Assembly: GCA_030390025.1 (NCBI GenBank)
Contig: CM059433.1
Coordinates: forward strand, 1,612,001 to 1,676,000
DNA length: 64,000 bases
Reading direction: 5' to 3'
Source of the DNA: Squalus acanthias
Lineage: Eukaryota
Shown: piece after piece, positions 1 to 11,975 of the stretch
Numbering within the stretch: position 1 is the stretch's first letter
How the letters are laid out: each line of letters opens with the position of its first letter
Position numbers and translations under genes: made by a program
Notes under the pieces: generated by a model
The model's database searches: none
Seen by the model: the letters and a program-made list of their open reading frames with translations, nothing else
What the model was told of the DNA's origin: nothing

Positions 1-1510
1 TGGTAATCTAGATGTTATTGCATTGTGAGCTAGGGGGGGCCGGGGTGGAGATTCGAACAAATAGAGCTCATACATGCTACAGTGTGTTTGTGCCAGGGCT
101 AAATAGCTCTTGCATTTAGAAGAAAATATAATGGTACATACCACAGACAATCCTTAAAAAAAAATGGTCTTTTATTTTGTAATATTTACGTGGCACCGGT
201 TTCATGGAAAAGTATTTGTTCTGAGAGGGAGCAGAGCCAGTGGTGTCATACATCATTTTCATCATGATAATAGCGCTTCGATAATAACAGCTCTCCTCAG
301 AGTTTAATAGGAATCCAAAATGACTGTACACTGTCTATTTGTTACAGGTGAAGAATGAGGTTAAAATATTTTACTGGCATGATGAGACAGCAATTAAAAC
401 AAACTTCTGAAAAAAGGGGGAAAAAAATAAATTGTGAATGGTGCAGAGACTTAGTGGGAAGGTTATCGCCCACCAGTACAGCATCAGATTTTTCACACTT
501 GCTCTGGCACACCAGTCTGGCTTAAATAATTATTGTCTTCAGCATGATCTGGAAAACTATTTAACTTCACAGGTCGCATCGAGCCCTGGGACCTTTGAAT
601 AATTTACATGGTGTAGGTGGGCAACAGTGGTTAGGTGAATGGGACAGTGCAAATCCCTGGCGATACAGGTCAGAAGTAGGGCAGGGGGAAATTGGAGTGT
701 GGTCTGCAAAAGCCATTAGCACGCTTGCTTTAATCAGTCAGACTGTCAGTTAGGTTGAATTCCACAGTGGCGCATTTCCTCAACAAATTAGGTTGAAAGC
801 TCCTGGCTTGGCTCGAGCTTCTTCGAAAGAAATCCTAACGTTTTGTAGCCCAGTGAGGCGTGGAACTGCCAAGGCACAGTACAACCCAGGCACAACCCTG
901 GAGATATTATCCAACTCACAATTACTCAATTCTTTTGTATTATGATAATCTTGCTTTTTTTTTTAAAAAAAAGAAAGAAAATGATGGGTGATAACGTTCC
1001 CTTTGTGTTTCTGTAATTGCGCTTTTTGCAATTTTTTCTTCAGGAGTTTTTTTTTAACTACTCTGCTCTTATTATTTGTATTAAACTTGCAGATTAATAA
1101 TTAAAAGGAAACTGGGATTCTAGGGTTCATGGGAGTCCCACCAGGATTGTTTTAACATGCCCATTACAGTGTGCGCGCGACCATCAGCTTTCCAACTCTC
1201 TCCCATTGTCAGGCGCTGGCAGTCGAGGGCTATAATTGGAACTCCAGGAAGGGATGGAGATCACTGCAAATAAAAAAAAGAGGTGGGCCGATATTATAGC
1301 TGACTCCCTTCTTCATCCTTCCCTTCATTTTGTTTGATTCCACAACCAGTGGAGATATGTGGTAAAAGCATTACTGACTGCTGCCCAAAACACTGCGTGA
1401 TCCGGGGGGCTTAGCTTATTCAGGGGAAGAATTCAGCCTCAGCAGGATAAGAGTTTAGCTGTGCGTGGCCAAGACTTAAGTTTAAAAAGTGGGGTGGGCG
1501 GGAGGCGGGA

Positions 1511-2024
1511 ATGAATGACCACAGATACAACTATCACTTGTGGGCAGGGGGGGGGGGGGGGAAGAATGACCATAGATACAACTCTCACTAGTGGGGGGAG
1601 GGGGGGGGAATGACCATAGATACAACTATCACTAGTGGGGGGAGGGGGGGGGGAATGACCATAGATACAACTATCACTTGTGGGGGAGGGGGGGGAATGA
1701 CCATAGATACAACTCTCACTAGTGGGGGGAGGGGGGGGGAATGACCATAGATACAACTATCACTAGTGGGGGGAGGGGGGGGGGGGAATGACCATAGATA
1801 CAACTATCACTTGTGGGGGAGGGGGGGGAATGACCATAGATACAACTCTCACTAGTGGGGGGAGGGGGGGGGGAATGACCATAGATACAACTATCACTTG
1901 TGGGGGGGGGGGGAATGACCATAGATACAACTCTCACTAGTGGGGGGGGGGGGGGAATGACCATAGATACAACTCTCACTAGTGGGGGGGGGGGGGGGGA
2001 ATGACCATAGATACAACTATCACT
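1511..2024. repeat. G-rich minisatellite, ~12 units of GAATGACCATAGATACAACT(A/C)TCACT(A/T)GT followed by a variable poly-G tract
   Basis: Tandem repeat read directly; unit length varies (~40-50 bp) with G-run length. The overlapping Pro-rich ORFs are artefacts of the repeat. Confidence 0.95.
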
Positions 2025-2990
2025 TTTGCTGCTATCATTTCAATAACAAAGACTTTTATTGATGCTGCCATGGGCAAAAAAAATAGATTTCTGATGGACT
2101 TACGACTGGCAAAACTGATCCTTAACATTGTTATTAACGCATGCTGTGTGTGATTTGCTGACCGTTATGGTTAGAAAATCATGCACAATGCATGTCAGAA
2201 TTCCTGATTTGTGTTCTCATTGGGCGACTCAGCCTTAGAAGCGCAAAGTCAGAGAATTATCGCGATTGTAGCATCTCCAACATTAAATGGATAAATTATT
2301 AAAATCCGTACTTCTCATATCATATGCACTGTAAAACTGTCTGAATCAATCAAATCAGATCATTAGCCCATAAACCTTGAGGCCCTGACTACACAAGGCA
2401 ATGAATGACTCCTGTGTGCTGGATAAACATCCAGGCTGCAGGCTGAGGCATTTAACCAATTCACATGGGAGCCTATTTTTTGGCCACATACCCTTGTGGC
2501 CTCCAACATGTATTGATGTAAGTATTTTGTTTTTAAAACTTGAACAAAATACAGGATCATTCTGTGTAGCATCTGAAGCCCCGTGCGTTATTGAAGCTAA
2601 AATTGTATGCAAAAGAGAATTTGACTGTTCTGTGATCAGACACAATATTCAGCACCTTCATGTTCCTTCCACACCCACCCCCCTCCCTCCATTGTAAGAT
2701 AACATCAGGAAAGGCAAGTCAATCCCTTTATTACAAAGCTGGGAACACCAGTTGAGTCTGGGTTCATACGAGTAAAGTTTGAACTTCAGAAATGACTTTA
2801 ATGGAACTTCCACAAGAAGTTGTGTTATGCTGCCAGGTTCATGCTAACACACTTACTGCGACAAGGTTCCACTGTACTTTTATAGAATAACCAGCTTCTT
2901 GTGACAGACAGAATTGATTTCTTGCATTCAATTTAACTGTCCTTTGAAGAGTGACTTAATTGTTATATCGAGCTGGGGTCGAAAATCAAC

Positions 2991-3147
2991 GGGCGGAAAA
3001 TTCCTCAGAGCCGTTCCCGCTCTGCCGACGTTACTTTCCCGGAGGTGACACGGAATCCCCTTTTTCTCCGTGTCAACGGGGTTTCTGCCACACTTCCAGC
3101 GAAGTAATGCTTGCGAAGCGGGAGCAGCCACGAGGAATTTGCCGGCC
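2991..3147. mobile_element. Short Harbinger-type MITE
   Basis: Left end GGGCGGAAAATTCCTC vs reverse complement of right end GGCCGGCAAATTCCTC (14/16). Flanks AAC/AAT resemble the 3-bp TSDs of related elements in the window. Confidence 0.6.
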
Positions 3148-3387
3148 AATGACTCAATCTTCCTCTTTGCTGTGAGCATTTACTCACTCCTCTATTGAAG
3201 CTTAGCTGTGATGGAACCTCAGCATGCAAGGCCGAGTGAACCCACATAACCCAATGAATATGTACTTCAAAGTGATCCACACAAAGGACGCTCCGGCTCA
3301 AAACCAAATTTACTTAGAAAAGTGCTGATTTATATTTGTAATTAAAATATTTCAGGTGCATGGAAAATGAAAGAGATCTGGAGGTCA

Positions 3388-3565
3388 TAGAAACGTAGAA
3401 AAATAGGAGCAGGAGTAGGCCATTCGGTCCTTCGAGCCTGCTCCGCCATTCAACATGATCATGGCTGATCCTCTATCTCAATACCATATTCCCACTCTCT
3501 CCCCATACCCCTTGATGCCTTTTGTGTCTAGACATCTATCTATCGCCTTCTTAAATATATTCAGT
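3388..3565 (-). mobile_element. CR1 LINE 3' end fragment
   Basis: Reverse complement matches the 3' end/UTR of the CR1 copies at 13141 and 37740-37870 (...GAATGGCCTACTCCTGCTCCTATT...). Confidence 0.85.
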
Positions 3566-3599
3566 CCTGATTGATAATAAACTTAAGCTATCGCAACAA

Positions 3600-4017
3600 T
3601 GCTCAGTGGCAGGAGTAAAGCAAATTAGACGTTGAGATGTATTAAAAGGTCAATATTGGGTCGAAATAGTGAGGTAATCCTGCCACTTAATGAATCATTA
3701 GTGCGATCGCACTTGGAATACTGTGTACAGTCTGGTCACCGCAGTAGTAAAAGCATATTGCAGCGAATGGAAGGATACAAACGAGTGCAGCCAAAATGAT
3801 TGAGGGGATGGAGGGATTGGATTATGAATAGCGATTATGTAAATTGGGGCTATTCGTACTGGAAAAGAAAAACTTGAGAGGTGATACAACTGCGGTTTTT
3901 ATATTCTAAATAATGTCGACTATGACAAACTATTTCACCTTGTCCAGAATAGTAGAACCAGGGGACACTGTCTGTGCTGGGAGGGAGGTAAATTCAAAAC
4001 TAATCTGTGGAAACAAT
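3600..4017 (+). mobile_element. Old CR1 RT C-terminal fragment (5' half, split by the Harbinger insertion)
   Basis: Degenerate translation [11 protein letters not shown]...SRTRGH...KFKTNLWKQ. The reading continues after 10425. Confidence 0.75.
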
Positions 4018-4489
4018 AGGCTTGATAGTAACCCTCCCCCCACCCCACAACGGATGGGAGAGGGTTGGGGGGGCTGGGGTTAAATCGTCTCATTCGCGAA
4101 ATGCCACCCTAACCCGCCGCAAATGTGTCCATTTCTGTTTTTATCGTGGCGGGTTCCCGGGCGTCTGAGTAACGCGCTCTGGAGAGGCGGGTCCGTCGTT
4201 CTCATTTTTAATTGAGGCTCCTTTCATGCGATTTTGCCAGTGATTTGAAATGAACGCCTCCAGCATGGGTAACTCGGCAGGGAAACGGAGGTTGAACGGT
4301 ACTTTATTGGGAATGATTAATGGTCAGGAGTCCCGATATGAATAAAGGAACGGTGCTCACAGCTGCTTTCTCAGTTCCCTCTGGGAAACGGTTTGGTGAG
4401 AGTACTTGTTGTAAGAGACTTATTTGTACAGCTTGGAGCTGTTCACACAGAGAACATCAGGATGTGCGGCGCCATGGCTGCTTTAGATC

Positions 4490-7143
4490 GGACTTTGACC
4501 CAGCGACGATGAAGGATCGGCCGATATATTTCCAAGTCAGGATGGTCTTTGACTTGGAGGGGAACTTGGTGTTCCCATGCGCCTGCTGCCCTTGTCCTTC
4601 TAGGTGGAAGAGGTCGTGGGTTTGGGAGGTGCTGCCAAAGAAGCCTTGGCGAGTTGCTGCAGTGCATCTTGTAGATGGTACACACTGCAGCCACGGTGCG
4701 CCGGTGGTGGAGGGAGTGAATGTTTAAGGTGCTGGATGGGGTGCCAATCAAGCGGGCTGCTTTGTCCTGGATGGTGTCGAGCCTCTTAAGTGTTGTTGGA
4801 GCTGCACTCATCCAGGCAAGTGGAGAGTATTCCATCACACTCCTGACTTGTGCCTTGTAGATGGTGGAAAGGCTTTGGGGAATCAGGAGGTGAGACACTC
4901 GTCGCAGAATACCCAGCCTCTGACCTGCTCTTGTAGCCACAGTATTTATGTGGCTGGTCCAGTTAAGTTTCTTGTCAATGGTGACACCCAGGATATTGAC
5001 GGTGGGGGGATTCGGTGATGGTAATGCCATTGAATGTCAAGGGGCAGTGGTGAGACTCTTTCTTTTTGGAGGTAGTCATTGCCTGGCCCTTGTGTGGCAT
5101 GAATGTTACTTGCCACTTATCAGCCCAAGCCTGAATGTCGTCCAGGTCTTGCTGCATGCGGGCATGGACTGCTTCATTATCTGAGGAGTTGCGAATGGAA
5201 CTGAACACTGTACAGTCATCAGCGAACATCCCCACATCTGACCTTATGATGGAGGGAAGTTCATTGATGAAGCAGCTGAAGATGGTTGGGCCTAGGATAC
5301 TGCCCAGTGGAATTCCTGCAGCGATGTCCTGGGGCTGAGATGATTGGCCTCCAATAACCACAACTATCTTCCTTTGTGCTAGGTATGACTTCAGCCAGTG
5401 GAGAGTTTTCTCCCTGATTCCAATTGAGTTAAATTTTACTAGGGCTCCTTGATGCCACACTCAGTCAAATGCTGCTTTGATGTCGAGGGCAGTCACTCTC
5501 ACCTCACCTCTGGAATTCAGCTCTTTTGTCCATATTTGGACCAAGGCTGTAATGAGGTCGGGAGCCGAGTGATCCTGGCGGAACCCAAACTGAGCATCAG
5601 TGAGCGGGTTATTGGTGAGTAAGTGCCGCTTGATAGCACTGTCGATGACACCTTTCATCACTTTGCTGATAATTGAAAGAAAGAAAGACTTGCATTTATA
5701 TAGCACCTTTCATGACCACCGGACGTCTCAAAGCGCTTTACAGCCAATGAAGTACTTTTGAAGTGGAGTCACTGTTGTAATGTGGGAAACACGGCAGCCA
5801 ACTTGCACACAGCAAGCTCCCACAATTGAGAGTAGACTGATGGGGCAGTATTTGGCCAGAATGGATTTGTCCTGCTTTTTGTGGACAGGACATACATGGG
5901 TAATTTTCCTCATTGTCGGGTAGATGCCAGTGTTGTAGCTGTACTGGAACAGCTTGGCTAGAGGCGCGGCTAGTTCTGGAGCACAAGTCTTCAGCACGAC
6001 AGCTGGGATGTTGTCAGGGCCTGTAGCCTTTGCTTTATCCAGTGCGCTCAGCTGTTTCTTGATATCACGTGGAGTGAATCGAATTGGCTGAAGAGGGACC
6101 TCAGGTGGAGGCCAAGATGGATCATCCACTCGGCACTTCAGGCTGAAGATGGTTGCAAACGCTTCAGCCTTGTCTTTTGCACTCACGTGCTGGGCTCCAC
6201 CATCATTGAGGATGGGGATATTCATGGAGGCTCCTCCTCTCATTAGTTGTTTAATTGTCCACCACCATTCACGACTGGATGTGGCAGGACTGAAGAGCTT
6301 TGATCTGATCCGTTGATTGTGGGATCGCCTAGCTCTGTCTATAGCATGCTGCTTCCGCTGTTTAGCATGCATGTAGTCCTGTGTTGCAGCTTCCCCAGGT
6401 TGGCACCTCATTTTTAGGTACACCTAGTGCTACTCCTGGCATGCTCTCCGACACACCTCATTGAACCAGGATTGGTCCCCTAGCTTTATGGTAATGGTAG
6501 GGTGAGGAATATGCTGGGCCATGAGGTTACAGATTGTGGTGTAATACAATTCTGCTGCTATTGATGGCTCACAGCGCCTCATGGATCCCCAGTTTTGAGC
6601 TGTTATATCTTTTCTGAATCTATCCCATTTAGCACGGTGGTAGTGCCAAGACTGGACTTTGTCTCCACAAGGACTGTGTGGTGGTCACTGCTACCAATAC
6701 TGTCATAGACAGATGTATCTGTGACAGGTAGATTGGTGAGGACGAGGTCAAGTAGGTTTTTCCCTCATGTTGGTTCTCTCACCACCTGCCGCAATCCTAG
6801 TCTGGCAGCTATCTCCTTCAGGACTCGGCCAGCTCAGTCAGTAGTGGTGCTACCGAGCCACTCTTGGTGATGGACATTGAAGTCCCATACTCAGAGTACA
6901 TTCTGTGCCCTTGCTACTCTCAGTGCTTCTTCCAAGTGGTGTCCAACATGGAGGAGTACTGATTCATCAGCTGAGGGTGGGCGGTAGGTGGTAATCAGTA
7001 GAAGGTTTCCTTGCCCATATTTGACCTGAAGCCATGAGACTTCATGGTGTCCAGAGTCAATGTTGAGGACTCCCAAGGCCACTCCCTCCCGACTGTATAC
7101 CACTGTGCCACCACCACTGCTGGGTCTGTCCTGCTGGTGGGAC
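4490..7143 (-). mobile_element. CR1/L2-group LINE (a family distinct from the CR1s), fragmented APE endonuclease + RT
   Basis: ORF pieces: LLITTYRPPS (APE), KATGPDNIP, QFGFRQDHS..LDIKAAFD, GIPLGSILGP..MFADD, KLNWTSHI...VMEYSPLAW. Several frameshifts and stops. Confidence 0.9.
5676..5823 (-). mobile_element. Deu-domain SINE (SacSINE1/AmnSINE1-like) 3' fragment inserted in the LINE
   Basis: Reverse complement reads ...TTGGCTGCCGTGTTTCCCACATTACAACAGTGAC...GTAAAGCGCTTTGAGACGTCC...CTATATAAATGCAAGTCTTTCTTTC. AATTGA is repeated on both sides (TSD). Confidence 0.85.
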
Positions 7144-7149
7144 ATAAGG

Positions 7150-8356
7150 CAGGATATTTGCATAAGGCAGGTGATGGATGGATCGTTTGCCAGGGCTGGG
7201 AGGTATGTAAACTTCCTCTGTGATGACAATAACCAGAATGAGCAGGCACTTGGATTCGCGTCTCTGGCTGGCTACCCACAGGTGCAGGGTGCCATCGATT
7301 GCACACACATGGCAATCTGAGCACCCCCAGATCAACCAGGAGCATTCGTCAACTACAAGAGATTTCATTCCATCAATGTTCAGCTGGTGTACAACCACAA
7401 GAAAAGATCCATGCAGGGGTACGGTAGCATAGTGGTTACCGGACCAGTAATCCAGAGGCCTGGACTAATGATCTGGAGACATGAGATCAAATCCCACCAC
7501 GGCAGCTGGGGAATTTAAATTCAGTTTATTAAGTCAATCTGGAATAAAAAGCGAGTATCAGTAACGGTGACCCCGAAACTACCGGAATGTCGTAAAAACC
7601 CATCTGGTTCACTAATGTCCTTTAGGGAAGGAAATCTGCCGTCCTTACCCGGTCTGGCCTATATGTGACTCCAGACCCACAGCAATGTGGTTAACTCCTA
7701 ACTGCCCTCTGCCCTAGCAAGCCACTCAGTTGTACCAAACCGCGACACAGAAGTATACTAAGAATACACGGACTGCAGCGGTTCAAGAAGGCAGCTCACC
7801 ACCACCTTCTCAGGGGCAATTAGGGATGGACAATAAATGCTGGCCTTGCCAGCGACGCCCACATCCCATGAACGAATTTAAAAAATGGTCTATGCCAGAT
7901 TCCCTGGGAGCCGCCATGATGCTTTCATACAGGACCAGCCTTAAAGGTTGGCTGCTAGGCAACAAAGGTTACCCCCTTCAAACCTAGCTGATGACACCCC
8001 TAAGGAACCTCACCAATGAACACCAGGAGCGCTACAACTCCGGCCATATGACAACCAGATCTGCCACTGAGGAAGCCATCAAAATGCGCTTCAGGTGCCT
8101 GGACAGGCCTGGAGGCGGCCTTCAGTACTCACCGGTGAGGGTCTACAGGATAATCGTGGTGTGTTGCACTCTGCAAAACATAGCGCAGCAGCGAGGACTA
8201 GTTGTACAGGAGGAACAAGCGGCTCAGCACTCCTCATCTGATGAGCATTCCAATGAAGAGGAGGAGGACGAGGAGCAGGAAGAGGAAGATGGGGCCCCCA
8301 GTCCAGCCAATCACATTGCTGCCAGGGATGCCCTGATAGCTCAAAGGTTCAGTTAG
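7150..8356 (+). pseudogene. Harbinger DDE transposase remnant (HARBI1-like family), interrupted by a SINE
   Basis: GYPQVQGAIDCTH, FHSINVQLV, MQ|VYARFPGSRHDAFI, WLLGNKGYP, YNSGHMTTRSATEEAIKMRFRCLD, IIVVCCTLQN, acidic tail, RDALIAQRF. Contains stops and frameshifts. Confidence 0.9.
7417..7886 (+). mobile_element. tRNA-derived SINE, near full length, with a LINE-derived 3' tail
   Basis: A-box-like GGTAGCATAGTGG and degenerate B-box-like GAGATCAAATCCC. The last ~115 bp match the 3' end of the LINE at 32521-32640. It splits transposase codons ATGCAG|GTCTAT. Confidence 0.85.
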
Positions 8357-9967
8357 TCACTCACACTGGAACAAAGTAACTATCACATCCCCCATATCCC
8401 CCTCCCCCACTTACACAAGCAGTTCTGTAACCAACCATCTACCCATTGCTCATGTGCAAATAGGTCTCAGTCATTTCATGTCTGCATGTTCATCACCAAA
8501 CAATTGAAAACCTGAGTTGGCATTCGCCATGCAAGAATTGGGGAACACGGGAAAGTGGTGCAAATTAATACATTTTATGTGACTTAATAAATTAAAGATA
8601 CTTACTAAATATTTTCAAATATACCCATGTTCGTGCCCTCGGTGAACTACAAAGCTTTTGTCTTGCTTTCCCGAGCACTCCTACATAGTGCAATCCCTGT
8701 GGCTTCAGCAGAGGTAGGGACAGGCTGCTCAGATCCCTGCTCTGACTGCTGAGGTGCTCTTGGCCGACAATCTCAGCGTCCTACCAAAGACTGCTCCACC
8801 TGCACCTTTACAGGGGCAGACTGGGCCAGAGGAGGCAGGTGGTGAGGCGTGCAAACGCTTTGAGTGGAGTTCCGACTTTCATCTCCCCTATCACCATCAT
8901 ACCTCTCCGGGGCCAGCGCCACATCACATCCTGCCTCTCTGCAGGAGAACAGCTTGGAGCATATCTGTGATGCCTTGTAAAGCCACAGCTAATGTATCTG
9001 TCATCCTGGTTAAGGTGGCAGAAACGTTGGCATCCATCACCAGCCATCACCAGGGTCTGCAGGGACTGATTAGAGTGCCGCAATTCAACTTCCACAGAGG
9101 AGGCCACACTCTCCAATAAAGACATCCTTGCAATGGCCTGCGACATCAATCCACAAATGTTTGAGCTGGACTCCTCCATACTCTCTCTGAGATTGTGGAA
9201 AGTGTGCCTGCAGAACTGCCAGTACCTTGCACATTTGCTGCTGACTCTCTATCATTCTGCTTTTCACTGATGACCTCCTGGGTTCAGCATCACTGTCCAG
9301 CTGAGCAGAGGTTGGAGAGGACGGCGACCACTGACGCGGACTGTCCCTGCCACCACTCTCTGCTCGTGCTCAGTCGTGCTGTGCGATTCACCAAGTGACA
9401 TCCCACCTAACAGTCTAACAGGAGCCGCCGAAGTGCTCGAGTCTCACTATCTCCGACACTCAGCGAGGCTGATATGCTGCTTATCTCCAAAGCCTCCTGC
9501 TCAACATTTGTGAGCTCCACAACCTGTGGTGGTCAACCTCCGGTCCTCTCCCTCTCCCTCGTATTTTGCGCTCTTTTCTCCTGCGAGGGGGCACGACAGA
9601 CCTCTGAGTGTCTGTAAGGCTTGCATGCATCCGATGGATGTAGTGCATTTGGTGAGGGTGACAATCAGCCAGATGCATCACGAGTGGCTCTGGCACGTAT
9701 TTGAGAAACGTGTTGACAATGCCATTTGAGGGCGTGTGCTGAGAATCGGGAGAGCTGACAGAGGTGGGATCACATTACATAAGGATTGGGGTGAGTGGCA
9801 GTGGTGGATGGAGGAAGGGGGAGGTGAGGAAGTGCATTGAAACGGACTGATGAGTGCTGCTGAAACATAAGTGGGTGTGAGGAGTGATGTGAATAGAATA
9901 CGCTTGACAGGACAGACTAAAGGGGTGGTGCATTACAGGACGTAGGGGAATCTGCAACTTTGCTCAC

Positions 9968-10130
9968 CTTTACTAACCTGGTTAGGTCATGGAAATACAT
10001 CCTGCATTGAATCCATGTCCTCATGACAACACTCCTGCTGCTCACCTCTTGGGCCACTTTCAGCCACACCTGCTAGGGAAGAGCACCTCCTTCCTAGCCC
10101 TTGCTGCACCTGGGAGTACTTCAAGGGATG
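9968..10130 (-). pseudogene. Myb/SANT-like (trihelix) DNA-binding exon of the Harbinger second gene
   Basis: Minus strand reads QVWLKVAQEVSSRSVVMRTWIQCRMYFHDLTRLVK, followed by a donor-like AAG|GTGAGC. Convergent with the transposase. Confidence 0.75.
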
Positions 10131-10425
10131 CCTAATTATATGGGGGCACACTTCACTTCATACAATGCACCAACTCTTCCGAATGGCGTCTGTGCAGTCG
10201 GCCTTTAAATAGTCACGGTGAAATCGCGTCATGTGGGTCTGCATCATGCCCGGTCACGCCCATTGGAAACATGAAACCCGGAAGTAAAATTATAATGAAG
10301 CATCCCTGTTGAAATTGGACATTCCCACATGTCCCACGATCTTCCCGTTTGTTGCCCACTATCCGCCCCCCCCCCCCACCCCCCCCCCACTCAGATCCCA
10401 TCTCCGCGTTAATATCGAGGCCAAT

Positions 10426-10785
10426 ATGGCCGTGAGCAAGTGGTCAATCTGTGGAACAGGCTCCACAGGGAGAATGCAAATTAGGCAGATTTCTTTCAGA
10501 AAATAACATTTTGGAATACAGTCTATGAGTAATTTAAGACATGACGTGTGGTGAGTGTAGCGAGCTCGGGAGGAACAGGTGACTTTGGACCGATGGTTCC
10601 CAAAGCTCTCCCCCACTGGGGTTTCCTCCGTGTCCTGTCTGGGCCTGTTGTCGACTAATTGATAGCGATTGATGCGAGGATTAGTCAACAACTCCATTAG
10701 CGTTGTATCACGTGGTTACCGGGACGGTAGAGAGCAAACTAGATGGACCGTGGTCTTTTTCGTCTAACAATTCCTATGTTCTTAA
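10426..10785 (+). mobile_element. Old CR1 3' half and 3' UTR (continuation of 3600-4017)
   Basis: Reads (KQ)YGREQVVNLWNRLHRE directly after the TSD and ends in CTAGATGGACC...TTCCTATGTTCTTA. The UTR is homologous to 38990-39195. Confidence 0.75.
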
Positions 10786-10904
10786 AATGCTCAGAAATTT
10801 GGCATGAGTATAAGCTTAACTATGGTAATTAGGGCATAGATAATAAACAGACCTGGTTAAATGAAGCTCAGAATGGCATAATCTCTATTAAATTACTAAA
10901 TTAA

Positions 10905-11200
10905 CAGACTAACTGGTCATTCATCTCATTGCTCATTCATCCCACAGTACAACAGTGACTACACTTCAAAATCACTTCATTGGCTGTAAAGAGCTTTGAG
11001 ACGTCCGGTGGTCGTGAAAGGCGCTGTAGAAATGCAAGTCTGTCTTTCTTTCTTTGCTGTTTGTGGAATCTCACTGCACGCACAATGGCTGCCACATTCA
11101 CCTAAATCACAGTCACTGCATTTCTAAATAATTCATTGTACGTGAAACACTCTGGGACCCTGTCTGAGATGTGATGAGATGTTCTCTAAATGCAAGTTTT
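10905..11200 (+). mobile_element. Older Deu-SINE fragment with a younger Deu-SINE tail (~10940-11055) nested in it
   Basis: Two successive ...CAGT(G/C)ACT(A/G)CA...AAATGCAAGT tails; TTGCT is repeated around the inner copy. Confidence 0.7.
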
Positions 11201-11269
11201 CTTTACGAAACTGCAAGATCAACGAGCTCATTATTATTACAAGGAGTGAGAATTTGGTTGACTTTGGGA

Positions 11270-11970
11270 AGTCTCAGCTCCACTGTCGCTGAAACCCTTA
11301 TCCATGATTTTGATCATTTCAGTGACCTCCTTTATGGCTTCCTATCCTTCACCCTCTACAAACTCCAACTTGTTCAAAACTCTGACGTTCATATCCTGGT
11401 CCATCACTCAGTCCTTGCTGACCTACACTGTCTCTCTGGCCCCCAGTGTATCAAATTTAAACTCCTTATCCTCATTTTCAAATACTTCCATGGCCTTGGC
11501 CCATTCTATCTCTGCAACCTCCCCCACACTTACACTCCCCCACCCCCAAACTCTTGCCTCTTTCAGTCCTTTAGGAACATAGGAACAGGAGGAGGCCATT
11601 CAGCCCCTCGAGCCTGCTCCGCCTTTCAGTGAGATCATGACTGAACTGTACCTCAACTCCATTTACCCGCCTTGGCTCCATATACCTTGATAGCCTTACC
11701 TAACAAAAATGACTCTGGTCTTTTGTGCAACCCCTTCCCTTTGTCCCACCATTGGTGGCAGCACATTCAGGCAGCTTGGCAACACTCTCTGGAAACACCT
11801 CTGCCTCTTCACTTCTCTTCCCTCCGTTAAAAGTCTTATCAAAACCCATCTTTTCAACCAATCTTTCAGTGCTCCCTCCCCCACCCATCTAATCTCTCCC
11901 TCCATGGTTTGGCAGCCATTTCCCTGTCTATATTACTGTGAAGTGCCTTGGGACATTTTTTAAGTTAAAG
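11270..11970 (+). mobile_element. L2 LINE 3' fragment interrupted by a CR1 3'-UTR fragment (-, ~11571-11709)
   Basis: AETLIHDF..LQLVQN..LADLHCL..IKFKLLILIFK (L2 RT C-terminus). Inner segment AGGAACAGGAGGAGGCCATTCAGCCCCTCGAG is CR1 UTR antisense. Confidence 0.75.
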
Positions 11971-11975
11971 ACTTT

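Larger units (their letters stand above)
4018..10422 (+). mobile_element. Decayed autonomous PIF/Harbinger DNA transposon containing nested insertions
   Basis: AAT TSD at 4015-4017 and 10423-10425. Imperfect terminal inverted repeats (TIRs): AGGCTTGATAGTAAC vs GGCCTCGATATTAAC. Contains a transposase remnant (+) and a Myb/SANT remnant (-). Removing it rejoins the flanking CR1 reading frame. Confidence 0.8.

Noticed and set aside
1511..2024. CRISPR-like array (constant ~30-bp repeat with variable spacers)
   Set aside because: The spacers are only poly-G runs, there are no cas genes, and the context is vertebrate.
7417..7500. tRNA gene (also 31810-31895 and 62884-62950)
   Set aside because: These are tRNA-derived SINE heads followed by SINE bodies, without a full cloverleaf.
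7150..8356. Domesticated host gene HARBI1 (and NAIF1 for the Myb remnants)
   Set aside because: Stops, frameshifts, a SINE insertion, a GDKGY-to-GNKGY change and flanking TIR/TSD indicate a dead transposon.
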